17,895 nt of DNA from assembly GCA_044869275.1 (NCBI GenBank), contig JBIOXB010000043.1, positions 1 through 17,895 on the forward strand. The letters run 5' to 3'. Every line of letters starts with the position of its first letter. Position 1 is the stretch's first letter. Positions 7,813 to 17,895 of the stretch are shown piece after piece. The translations under genes were made by a program, and so were the position numbers. The notes beneath the pieces were generated by a model that saw nothing but the letters and a program-made list of their open reading frames with translations, ran no database searches and was not told the DNA's origin. Source of the DNA: a bacterium. Its GTDB lineage: Bacteria; Zhuqueibacterota; Zhuqueibacteria; Zhuqueibacterales; Zhuqueibacteraceae.

Positions 7813-8038
7813 CGTTACGCTTTACACGTTAGACTTTACACGTGTAACGTCTACAACGGATTTTCATCCCGAAGGGTCGGGATGAAAACCGTAGCCCTGT
7901 GGGCGGCTCCAACGGATAGATTAAGTCCAACAGATAAAACTCTTAGTCTTTTCATCAGTTGGTCTTAATCTATCCGTTGGCGATAAAAAGTTCGAATTTT
8001 ATTCTGACTTTGACAAGCTAATCACGTAAAGCGTAACG
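7813..8038. repeat. Compound palindromic element: 13-bp terminal inverted repeats enclosing three hairpins (REP/MITE-like)
   Basis: Ends CGTTACGCTTTAC (7813-7825) and GTAAAGCGTAACG (8026-8038). Inside are a 24-bp near-palindrome at 7830-7853, a 12-bp stem 7861-7872/7877-7888, and a 17-bp perfect stem 7909-7925/7964-7980. Confidence 0.8.
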
Positions 8039-8049
8039 AGAACAAGCCC

Positions 8050-8589
8050 TCAAATCTGCGATTCATCCACCCAGCGCACGATGCGCCATTTGCGGTCCTG
8101 GTGATTGAACCGAAACGTGAAAATGGCGAAGCCGGAAGCTGTGAAGCTGAAATCCGCGCTGGAGAGATCGAGGCGAAAGCTCTTCGCCAAAATCTCTTCT
8201 TCGCCCTCGCGCAGGGAATACACTGTGTTCAGCCATTCCAGATTGATGATGTCAAACGTGCGCAACAAACCTCCGGTCGTGCGCAAATCGGTTTCACGCG
8301 TCCACGATACGAACAAACCGGACGGCCCCTGTTCGGGATCGAAGTATTGAAAAACAAAAGAGCTGTCCAGCACGTCGGCATACAATAATGAATCCTTGAA
8401 AGTGTAAGAATACTTGAAGTTGGTCAGGACCTCTTCCGGCGTACGCTGTTCCGTGATCAAATCACCGGTCAAGTTGCCATGGTCCAACGCGGGCGCGAAA
8501 GGATTAACGCAGCCCAGAAAAAAGAGCAACGCCCCAATCAGAAGAGCTTCCCGCCTGTTCACTTTCAGACTATGCCGTTTGACTATCAT
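8050..8589 (-). CDS. Uncharacterised lipoprotein (possible NTF2/SnoaL-like fold)
   Basis: 179 aa with a basic N-region, hydrophobic core and lipobox LGC followed by VNPFAP. It continues TPEEVLTNFKYSY...F.FQY...W and ends KWRIVRWVDES. The fold is an inference. Confidence 0.8.
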   Translation of the reverse strand: MIVKRHSLKVNRREALLIGALLFFLGCVNPFAPALDHGNLTGDLITEQRTPEEVLTNFKYSYTFKDSLLYADVLDSSFVFQYFDPEQGPSGLFVSWTRETDLRTTGGLLRTFDIINLEWLNTVYSLREGEEEILAKSFRLDLSSADFSFTASGFAIFTFRFNHQDRKWRIVRWVDESQI

Positions 8590-8603
8590 TCCGGAGGATG
8601 TAC

Positions 8604-8741
8604 CTAGCTTGACAATGTTAAGTTGGAGGTCTCACCCATTGGAAGGGTCTTTTGCAGTATTCGCACAGTACCAAGTGCAGAAAAAGTTCCCTCTGGGATG
8701 ACACCCCTGGTGGTGGCGTTGACTTAACGTTGTAGCATTAG
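8604..8741. mobile_element. Non-autonomous MITE/REP-like element, copy 1 (degenerate)
   Basis: Begins with TAGCTTGACAATGTTAAGT (19 nt identical to 8856-8874) and aligns with copy 2 through ...CAAGTGCAGAAAAAG.TCCCTC.GGGATGACA. A decayed inverted end ACTTAACGTTGT lies at 8722-8733. Confidence 0.65.
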
Positions 8742-8855
8742 GGCACGGAAATATAGAAAGATTTTTAAAGATTTACTATTAAAACGATCCGCAATATGAA
8801 TTTATTCCCAGCAGGGGATGTCGGTACCAGGCAAACAAACAAAAGCGGCAGAAAT

Positions 8856-9098
8856 TAGCTTGACAATGTTAAGTGGAGTGTCTCACCCACTTTTTGTCAC
8901 CCTGGAAGGGTCTTTTTCGGCGCAAGCACAGCAACAAGTGCAGAAAAAGATCCCTCCGGGATGACATGAATTGGGGGAGGTCAGCTAAATGCCTATCCCA
9001 AAACCTTCCTCGCGGTCATGCCCGAGTGCTTTAATCGGGCATCCATTTCAATAAAGAAGGGTTTTGGGATAGGCTCTAAGCTAAAATTGTCAAGTTAG
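8856..9098. mobile_element. Non-autonomous MITE/REP-like element, copy 2
   Basis: Ends TAGCTTGACAAT... and ...ATTGTCAAGTTAG are imperfect inverted repeats. An internal 24-bp inverted repeat (20/24 matches) spans 8895-8918/8943-8966. Confidence 0.7.
8990..9078. mobile_element. Small nested MITE with 15-bp perfect inverted repeats
   Basis: GCCTATCCCAAAACC (8991-9005) pairs with GGTTTTGGGATAGGC (9060-9074). It has an internal hairpin ATGCCCGA...TCGGGCAT (9018-9042) and is flanked by the direct repeat AGCTAAA (8983-8989, 9079-9085). Confidence 0.7.
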
Positions 9099-9320
9099 AA
9101 TCAGATCAATATGGTGGGGTGCGAGGAGAGCATACACCTCTATATTCACCCGGGCTGTACTTGCGGGTCGGGGGTGCAAAGATTTGGAGAGACTTGTTCC
9201 GAAGGATCTCATCAAGCAGCGGCCGAAGCGAGGCGCAATGATCGCATGAGAGCGCGGATTTATGGTGTTTTGCAGACGGTTGCCGCGCGGCCGGAGAATC
9301 ATCATTGGCATCCGGCCGCG

Positions 9321-9953
9321 TCAAGTTACCAAGCCTTGCTGAATGGCATAATGCGTGAGCTCGGCATTGTGCCGCAGGTTTAGTTTGTCGAGAATGCGGC
9401 GGCGGTACGTGCTGATGGTTTTGTCGCTCAGCGAGAGGTCAGTGGCGATTTCTCTGACTGTTTTTCCGGAAGCAATCAAGCACATCACTTGATACTCACG
9501 ATTCGACAGCTTTTCGTGCGGGCGCGAGGTGGACTCTCCGGCCAGATCGAAAGCCAGGCGCTCCGCCAGCGCCGCGCTGACATATTTTCCTCCAAACGCC
9601 ACTTTGCGGATTGCCGTAATCAACTCCTCGGGCGCGCTTTCCTTGGTCAAATATCCCGCGGCCCCGGTCTTTAAAGCACGGACGGCATATTGCTGCTCCG
9701 GATACGTGCTCAAGATAAGAATCTTGAGACTGGGATAGGCAACGCGAAGTTGCGACAGGAGGTCCAAGCCGCTTCTCCCCGGCAGAGAAATGTCCAACAG
9801 CACGACGTCGACCATATGGTCTCTGAGATCGTTGAGTGTCTCTTCACCGTTGCTCGCTTCGCCGCTGACGGCGATATCGGAGGTTTCTCTAAGCGCCTGC
9901 TTCAATCCTTCGCGCACAATCGGATGATCATCTGTGATGAAGACTTTGATCAT
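9321..9953 (-). CDS. NarL/LuxR-family DNA-binding response regulator (UvrY/GacA-like)
   Basis: Receiver MIKVFITDDHPIVREGLK...LLDISLPG...GYLTKE and LuxR HTH LSNREYQV...IATDLSLSDKTISTYRRRILDKL. ATG 9953 (210 aa) is preferred over 10067. Confidence 0.95.
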   Translation of the reverse strand: MIKVFITDDHPIVREGLKQALRETSDIAVSGEASNGEETLNDLRDHMVDVVLLDISLPGRSGLDLLSQLRVAYPSLKILILSTYPEQQYAVRALKTGAAGYLTKESAPEELITAIRKVAFGGKYVSAALAERLAFDLAGESTSRPHEKLSNREYQVMCLIASGKTVREIATDLSLSDKTISTYRRRILDKLNLRHNAELTHYAIQQGLVT

Positions 9954-10044
9954 AGTATTGGCCTTATAAAGAAGGGAATGGCTTCGACACCTTTGAGACT
10001 GCATGCCTCCCCATTCCCCCCGTCCACCATACTTTGACAAGTTA

Positions 10045-10087
10045 AGCAAAAAAGCACCCATCTGCAATCCCCAAGAGCTTTTTTGCT
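10045..10087. terminator. Possible terminator/attenuator-like inverted repeat between kinase and regulator genes
   Basis: AGCAAAAAAGC / GCTTTTTTGCT form an 11-bp inverted repeat around 21 nt, giving a U-tract on both strands. The GC stem is weak. Confidence 0.35.
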
Positions 10088-11586
10088 GGTTGGCGATGCG
10101 CGCAGCGCTGTGCCAGAAATTGTTCTACAATGGGATGCGAACGAACACAATCGTCCCTTTCTTTGGGATGCCTTTGATCGTCACTCTTCCTCGCCAAGGG
10201 TACACGCGCTCGCGCATGCCGATTAAGCCAATGGATTTGGCATCGACAAGATGGGCGGCCGTAATACCCCGGCCATTATCTCGCACTTTCAGCATTAAGG
10301 CTCTTTCGGTCAAAGTCAATTGGATTTTGACCTGGGTGGCCATGGCGTGGCGCGCGACGTTGGTCAAAGCTTCTTGCAGGATGCGAAAGATCGCGGTCGA
10401 ACGCTCGCGATCCAGAACAATATTATCCGGCCGCTGGACAAGCTCACAAGCGACATTCGAGCGTTCGCGAAACTTCTGGATCTGCCATTCTATGGCGGCG
10501 GAAAGGCCGAGTTCGTCCAGCATGCCGGGGCGCAACTCCGCGGCGATGCGCTGCACCGACTGAATGGTCATATCGATGAGCTTGAGCATGGCTCTGGTTT
10601 TCTGCAACAGCGTTTCCTGGTGTGCAGACAGTTTTCCGCGCAACCAGGAAACATCCATTTTCAATGCCGTCAGCGTTTGTCCCAGTTCATCATGAATTTC
10701 GCGGGAAATGTGGGCGCGTTCCTCTTCTCTGACGGACTGCAAATAGGCCGAAAGATTGCGCAATTGCTCGCGTGAGTTTCTCAATTCCTGCTCGGCATGT
10801 TTGCTTTCCGTGATGTCGCGAATGACGGCGACTCCGCCCGAGAGAATGCCATTATCGCTTTTCAAAGATCTGGCGTTCGCGCTCAGCCACACGCCTTTGG
10901 GCGTGGTGGGGTGGCGCAAAAACATCTCCACCGTGTCCACCGTTTCGCCGCGCAGCACGCGCGTTAAGGGCAGATCTTTCGCCTGATAAGGCGTTGTCAT
11001 GTCGGGCAAAAAAAGTCCATATCGCCCGCTCGCCTCACCCGAGGTTAGGTCTCTCAGGCTAAAGCTGTGGATTTGTTCCGCAGCCGGGTTGAAGAGCAAT
11101 AGTTTACCCTCGGCATCGACGACGATCACGGCATCGGCCATGCTATCCAGGACGGATTGCAGGATGCGGGTTTGATGCAGCAAGGCTTCTTCAGCCTGTT
11201 TGCGCTCGGAGATTTCGCGTTGCAGCTCCTGTCTTTTCCGGTGCAGCTCCACGAAAACTGACACCTTGGCGCGCAGAATCTCCGGAACCACCGGCGCAAA
11301 CACATAATCCACTGCGCCCAGTTCATAACCTTTGAGCCGGTCGAAGTCGGACATGCTGAAAGCCGTCACAAAAATAATCGGCGTCTGCACCAGACGCGGA
11401 TGCTGGCGAATCAGCATTGCCGTCTCGAAGCCGTCCATGTCCGGCATCACCACATCTAAAAGAATTAAAGCGAAGTTGTTCTGTTTGAGCAGATTTTGCA
11501 GCGCTTCCCGGCCGGACTTTGCCAGCACCAGGTTCACGCCCAAATCGCCCAGGATCGTTTGATAAGCCAGCAATGTTCCGGCCTGG

Positions 11587-13389
<1,803 letters not shown>

Positions 13390-13509
13390 GATTGGGTCTT
13401 TCGATTCCTTCGTTCGGCCCCTCACCTTCCCGTCTATCTTATGACAGTCGAACTACTACCTGCCATACCACAATCCGGACCGGCCGGAAACCAAAAATCT
13501 AAAAGTGGC

Positions 13510-13537
13510 TTTGAATTTTGAGCATTGGATTTTGAAT
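13510..13537. repeat. 7-bp-period tandem repeat (TTTGAAT-like x4)
   Basis: tttgaat tttgagc attggat tttgaat, lying 8 bp past the stop codon of the poly-HAMP kinase. Confidence 0.55.
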
Positions 13538-13544
13538 CTTCTTG

Positions 13545-16500
13545 CTAACGATGCAACCAAACCCGCATGAGGGAAAGCAGTTGATCTGTGTTTACGGGTT
13601 TGGCGATATAATCCGAAGCGCCGGCTTCCAGACATTTTTCGCGATCGCCCTTCATCGCTTTTGCCGTGAGCGCAATGATGGGCAAGAGCCGGTGCTGGGG
13701 ATTCTGGCGAATGGTGCGGATGGTTTCGTAGCCGTCCATCTCCGGCATCATGATGTCCATGAGCACGATGTTGAGATCCGGATCTTGTTCCACGACGGCA
13801 ATCGCCTCGCGGCCGGTCTCGCAACTCTCCACCTTCATGCTGTGGCGCTCGAGCAGACTGGCCAGGGTAAAAATGTTGCGCACGTCATCGTCCACCACCA
13901 GCACCTTCCTGCCGGCCAGAGCCTCGTCACTCTTGTGCAGCCGTTCCAGCATTTCTTGCTTGCCCGGGGGCAATTGTGTGGTAACACGGTGCAGGAACAG
14001 GGCGGTCTCATCCAGCAGCCGTTCCGGAGATTGTACGCCCTTGATGATGATGCTTTTGGCCATCTTCCGAAGTTCCATCTCTTCTTCTTCGGTTAATTCT
14101 TTGCCGGTAAACACGACGATCGGCAGCTCAAGGTGCTGTGCTTCTTGCCGCAGCTGCTCGAGCAGCACGAAGCCGGAAATGTCCGGCAGCCGCAAATCGA
14201 GCACCAAGCAATCGAATGAGTTGGTGCGTAAGGCCGCCAACGCCTCAGCGCCGGTGCCGACCGCAGTGATCTGCACGTCGGCATGGTCGATCAGTTCGAT
14301 GATACTCTGGCGTTCGATCTCGCTGTCTTCCACAATCAGAAGCCGTTTGATGGTCGAGCGGGCAAACTCCAGCATACGATCAAAGGAGGTTTCCAGTTCC
14401 TCAGTGGTGAGCGGCTTCACCAAATAGGCAAATGCGCCGTGCTCCAGAGCGTGCTGGCGTTCTTCCGCCACCGTGACGATTTGCACTGGAATATGCCGCG
14501 TGGTTGGATCCAGTTTCAACTGGTTCAGCACGGTCCAACCCAGCATGTCCGGTAGAAAAATGTCCAGCGTGATGGCGATGGGTTTGAATTCCCGCGCCAG
14601 AGACAAAGCGCTATTGCCCCGCGGGGCCACCAAGCCCTTGAAGCCCTTGTCCCTCACCAGACCCAGCAGCACGCGAGCATAGTGCGGATCGTCTTCGACA
14701 ATCAGCACCGCTGGTTCGCCCGGTTGCACGATCTCGCGATCATCCGGGATCTGTTCCGGCTGCGGCGCCGGTATTGCCACCAGTGGCGCGGTTGCGGGTC
14801 TGGCAGGAATCGCCCTGACCGAGGTCGAACCCGCAAAAGATTGAGGCAAGTACAACGTGAAAGTGCTGCCCTGATTCGGTGCGCTGGCCAAACGAATCTC
14901 ACCGCCCAAGAGATTCGTCAGCTCCCGGCTAATCGCGAGTCCGAGTCCCGTGCCGCCGTACCTGCGGCTGGTGCCGGCTTCCGCTTGTTGAAAGGCTTCG
15001 AAGACGATCTTTTGCTTTTCCGGCGGGATGCCGATGCCGGTATCACTCACCTCGAATGCGATCACCGTCGTCGCTCTGCTGAGACTGGAGTGGTCGAGAC
15101 TCCAGCCTCCTTGGGTTATGCGAATGCGCAGCGCGACCTGGCCTTGCGAGGTGAATTTGAAGGCATTTGACAGCAGATTCTTCAACACCTGCAGCAGGCG
15201 CTTGAAGTCGGTGACCAAGCTGCGCGGGAGCTGCGCATCGAGTTCAATGCTAAACGCCAGGCTGCGGGCCTCCGCCACGTGCCGGAAGCCACGTTCCACC
15301 GTGTCGCGCACACTGGAGAACAAGACTTCTTCGGGTTCGACGGTCACGATGCCGGATTCAATTTTGGACAAATCGAGAATGTCGTTGATGAGATTCATCA
15401 AATCGGTGCCGGCGGCGTAGACCGTCTTGGCGTACTCTACCTGTTTCGCATGGAGATTGTGCTCGGCGTTCTCACTGAGCTGCTGGCTCAGGATCAGAAT
15501 GCTGTTGAGCGGAGTGCGCAGCTCATGGGACATGTTGGCGAGAAATTCCGACTTGTACTTGGAGGTCAGGGCCAGCTCTGCGGCCTTTTCTTCCACGGCA
15601 CGCCGCGCCTGTTCGATTTCTTTGTTCTTGCGCTCCACCTCGACGTTTTGTTCGGCAAGTTGTTTCGCTTTTTGCGCCAGTTCTTCGTTGGTCTGCTGCA
15701 ATTCCTTTTGCTGGGTTTGCAGCTCCGCCGCGAGCTTCTGGGATTGCTGCAGCAATCCCTCGGTGCGCATGGTGGCCTCGATGGTGTTGAGCACGATGCC
15801 GATGCTTTCGGTCAATTGGGCGAGGAAGGTCAGGTGCGTTTGGGTGAATTGCGCCAGAGAGGCCAGCTCGATCACGGCCTTGATCTGCCCCTCGAAGAGC
15901 ACGGGCAGCACGATGATGTTGCGCGGCGCGGTTTCGCCCAAGCCGGAGCTGATGCGGATGTATTCGGGAGGAACGTCCGTGAGCAAAATGCTGCGCTTTT
16001 CCACGGCGCATTGACCCACCACGCTTTCGCCGAGAAGGAAGTCACGGCGCAAATCCGCGGCGTCATGGTGCGCATAGCTCGCCAGGGTTTTGAGGCAGGC
16101 GGAGCCGTTGTCGGCGTCCATGCGGTACACCACGCTGTGCTGCGCGTTGACCAGGGGCGCCAATTCTGAGAGCAGCATCTCGCCGACGGTGACCAGGTCA
16201 CGCTGGCCTTGCATCATGCGGGTGAAGTTGGCGAGGTTGGTTTTGAGCCAGTCTTGTTCCGTGTTCTGCTCGGTGGTGGCGCGCAGGTTACGGATCATGG
16301 TATTGATATTGTCTTTAAGCTCGGCCACCTCGCCACGCGCCTCCACCTGAATGGAGCGCGTCAGGTTGCCTTGAGTGACCGCCGTGGCCACCTCGGCGAT
16401 GGCGCGCACCTGCGTGGTCAAATTTGCCGCGAGCAAATTGACGTTGTCGGTCAAATCCTTCCAGGTCCCCGCCACGCCCGGCACCACCGCCTGGCCGCCG

Positions 16501-17895
16501 AGCTTGCCATCGGTCCCCACCTCGCGCGCCACCCGCGTCACTTCCGCCGCAAACGCGTTCAACTGGTCCACCATCGTGTTGATGGTGTTCTTCAATTCCA
16601 GGATTTCGCCCTTCACATCCACCGTGATCTTGCGCGACAAATCGCCGCGCGCGACGGCCGTGGCAACTTCGGCAATGTTGCGCACTTGCGCCGTAAGGTT
16701 GCTGCCCATGGAATTGACGTTGTCGGTCAAGTCTTTCCAAATGCCGGCCACACCTTGCACCACGGCCTGTCCACCGAGCTTGCCGTCAGTGCCCACTTCG
16801 CGCGCCACCCGCGTCACTTCCGCGGCAAACGCGTTCAATTGATCCACCATGGTATTGATGGTATTCTTTAACTCCAAGATCTCACCCTTCACGTCCACGG
16901 TAATCTTGCGTGACAGATCGCCGCGTGCAACCGCGGTCGTGACTTCCGCGATGTTGCGCACTTGCGCGGTGAGATTGCTGGCCATCGAGTTGACATTGTC
17001 GGTCAAATCCTTCCAAGTGCCAGCCACGCCCGGAACCTGGGCCTGGCCGCCGAGCTTGCCGTCGGTACCCACCTCGCGCGCCACCCGCGTCACTTCCGCA
17101 GCGAACCGGTTCAACTGGTCCACCATGGTGTTGAGCGTGTTTTTCAATTCCAGAATCTCGCCCTTCACGTCCACCGTGATCTTGCGCGACAGATCGCCGC
17201 GCGCCACGGCGGTGGCGACTTCCGCAATGTTGCGCACTTGCGCGGTGAGATTGCTCGCCATCGAGTTGACGTTGTCGGTCAAATCCTTCCAAGTGCCAGC
17301 CACGCCCGGAACCTGGGCCTGGCCGCCGAGCTTGCCGTCGGTGCCCACCTCGCGCGCCACCCGCGTCACTTCCGAGGCAAACCGATTCAATTGGTCCACC
17401 ATGGTGTTGATGGTGTCCTTGAGCTCCAGGATCTCGCCGCGGGCGTCGACGGTGATCTTCTGCGAGAGGTCGCCGTTGGCGACGGCGGTCGTCACCTGGG
17501 CGATGTTGCGCACCTGCGAGGTCAGGTTCGACGCCATCGAGTTGACGTTGTCGGTGAGGTCCTTCCAGGTGCCGGCCACGCCGGGCACGTCGGCCTGGCC
17601 GCCGAGCTTGCCCTCGGTGCCGACCTCGCGCGCCACGCGCGTGACTTCCGAGGCGAACGAGCGGAGCTGGTCCACCATCGTGTTGGTGGTGTTCTTCAAC
17701 TCGAGGATCTCGCCCAAGGCCTCGGCGGTGATCTTCTTCGACAGGTCGCCATTCGCAACGGCGGTCGTCACCTCGGCGATGTTGCGCACCTGCGAGGTCA
17801 GGTTCGCGGCCATGTAGTTGACCGAGTCGGTGAGATCGCGCCACGTGCCGCTGACACCCTGCACGTCCGCCTGGCCACCGAGTTTGCCTTCGCTG
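13545..17895 (-). CDS. Poly-HAMP GAF hybrid histidine kinase with three receiver domains (OsaA / fungal group III Nik1-OS1-like), 5' end outside window
   Basis: The frame stays open beyond 17864 to the window edge ([12 protein letters not shown]). It has 92-aa repeats [20 protein letters not shown]...REVGT.GKLGGQA, a GAF domain, a coiled coil, [31 protein letters not shown] and three REC domains. Confidence 0.95.
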   Translation of the reverse strand, partial: SEGKLGGQADVQGVSGTWRDLTDSVNYMAANLTSQVRNIAEVTTAVANGDLSKKITAEALGEILELKNTTNTMVDQLRSFASEVTRVAREVGTEGKLGGQADVPGVAGTWKDLTDNVNSMASNLTSQVRNIAQVTTAVANGDLSQKITVDARGEILELKDTINTMVDQLNRFASEVTRVAREVGTDGKLGGQAQVPGVAGTWKDLTDNVNSMASNLTAQVRNIAEVATAVARGDLSRKITVDVKGEILELKNTLNTMVDQLNRFAAEVTRVAREVGTDGKLGGQAQVPGVAGTWKDLTDNVNSMASNLTAQVRNIAEVTTAVARGDLSRKITVDVKGEILELKNTINTMVDQLNAFAAEVTRVAREVGTDGKLGGQAVVQGVAGIWKDLTDNVNSMGSNLTAQVRNIAEVATAVARGDLSRKITVDVKGEILELKNTINTMVDQLNAFAAEVTRVAREVGTDGKLGGQAVVPGVAGTWKDLTDNVNLLAANLTTQVRAIAEVATAVTQGNLTRSIQVEARGEVAELKDNINTMIRNLRATTEQNTEQDWLKTNLANFTRMMQGQRDLVTVGEMLLSELAPLVNAQHSVVYRMDADNGSACLKTLASYAHHDAADLRRDFLLGESVVGQCAVEKRSILLTDVPPEYIRISSGLGETAPRNIIVLPVLFEGQIKAVIELASLAQFTQTHLTFLAQLTESIGIVLNTIEATMRTEGLLQQSQKLAAELQTQQKELQQTNEELAQKAKQLAEQNVEVERKNKEIEQARRAVEEKAAELALTSKYKSEFLANMSHELRTPLNSILILSQQLSENAEHNLHAKQVEYAKTVYAAGTDLMNLINDILDLSKIESGIVTVEPEEVLFSSVRDTVERGFRHVAEARSLAFSIELDAQLPRSLVTDFKRLLQVLKNLLSNAFKFTSQGQVALRIRITQGGWSLDHSSLSRATTVIAFEVSDTGIGIPPEKQKIVFEAFQQAEAGTSRRYGGTGLGLAISRELTNLLGGEIRLASAPNQGSTFTLYLPQSFAGSTSVRAIPARPATAPLVAIPAPQPEQIPDDREIVQPGEPAVLIVEDDPHYARVLLGLVRDKGFKGLVAPRGNSALSLAREFKPIAITLDIFLPDMLGWTVLNQLKLDPTTRHIPVQIVTVAEERQHALEHGAFAYLVKPLTTEELETSFDRMLEFARSTIKRLLIVEDSEIERQSIIELIDHADVQITAVGTGAEALAALRTNSFDCLVLDLRLPDISGFVLLEQLRQEAQHLELPIVVFTGKELTEEEEMELRKMAKSIIIKGVQSPERLLDETALFLHRVTTQLPPGKQEMLERLHKSDEALAGRKVLVVDDDVRNIFTLASLLERHSMKVESCETGREAIAVVEQDPDLNIVLMDIMMPEMDGYETIRTIRQNPQHRLLPIIALTAKAMKGDREKCLEAGASDYIAKPVNTDQLLSLMRVWLHR
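16290..17895. repeat. Intragenic 276-bp tandem repeat array (HAMP units)
   Basis: Five full 92-codon units plus a terminal HAMP are visible. The units beginning near 16951 and 17227 are almost identical at DNA level. Confidence 0.9.

Noticed and set aside
8605..8966. Direct repeats resembling a CRISPR array
   Set aside because: There are only two long, diverged copies whose similarity extends about 100 bp. There are no unique regular spacers and no cas genes.
8609..9093. TTGACA hexamers in the MITE ends as promoters
   Set aside because: No plausible -10 element lies about 17 bp downstream of them.
10097..10116. Sigma54-like TGGCAC upstream of the response regulator
   Set aside because: GG-to-GC spacing is 9 or 11 nt, not the required 10.
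16882..17844. 320-aa alternative-frame minus-strand ORF, and 17864 as the kinase start
   Set aside because: The alternative ORF is a by-product of the repeat array and codon bias. The kinase frame is open to the window edge, so 17864 is an internal GTG.

Overview
A bacterial window in which every credible gene lies on the minus strand. Gene content suggests an FCB-group lineage such as KSB1/Ignavibacteria, but this is a weak inference. In transcription order (right to left) there are four blocks. (1) A soluble four-gene signalling cluster: a poly-HAMP/GAF/HK/3xREC hybrid kinase (OsaA/Nik1-like, 5' end outside the window), two hybrid kinases with paralogous atypical N-terminal receivers, and a NarL/LuxR regulator. 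(2) A repeat-dense region (7800-9100) of nested MITE/REP-like palindromes surrounding a lipoprotein gene. (3) A tightly coupled operon of an orphan zinc-binding anti-sigma factor, dsbD, a diacylglycerol-kinase-family lipid kinase and a TIGR04282/DUF2064 protein. (4) A near-consensus sigma70 promoter with a LacI-type operator, a LacI gene collapsed by several deletions and a frameshift, an HTH-TM-SGNH-TPR protein, and a PpiC-type lipoprotein running off the left edge. No rRNA, tRNA, CRISPR array or transposase was seen.
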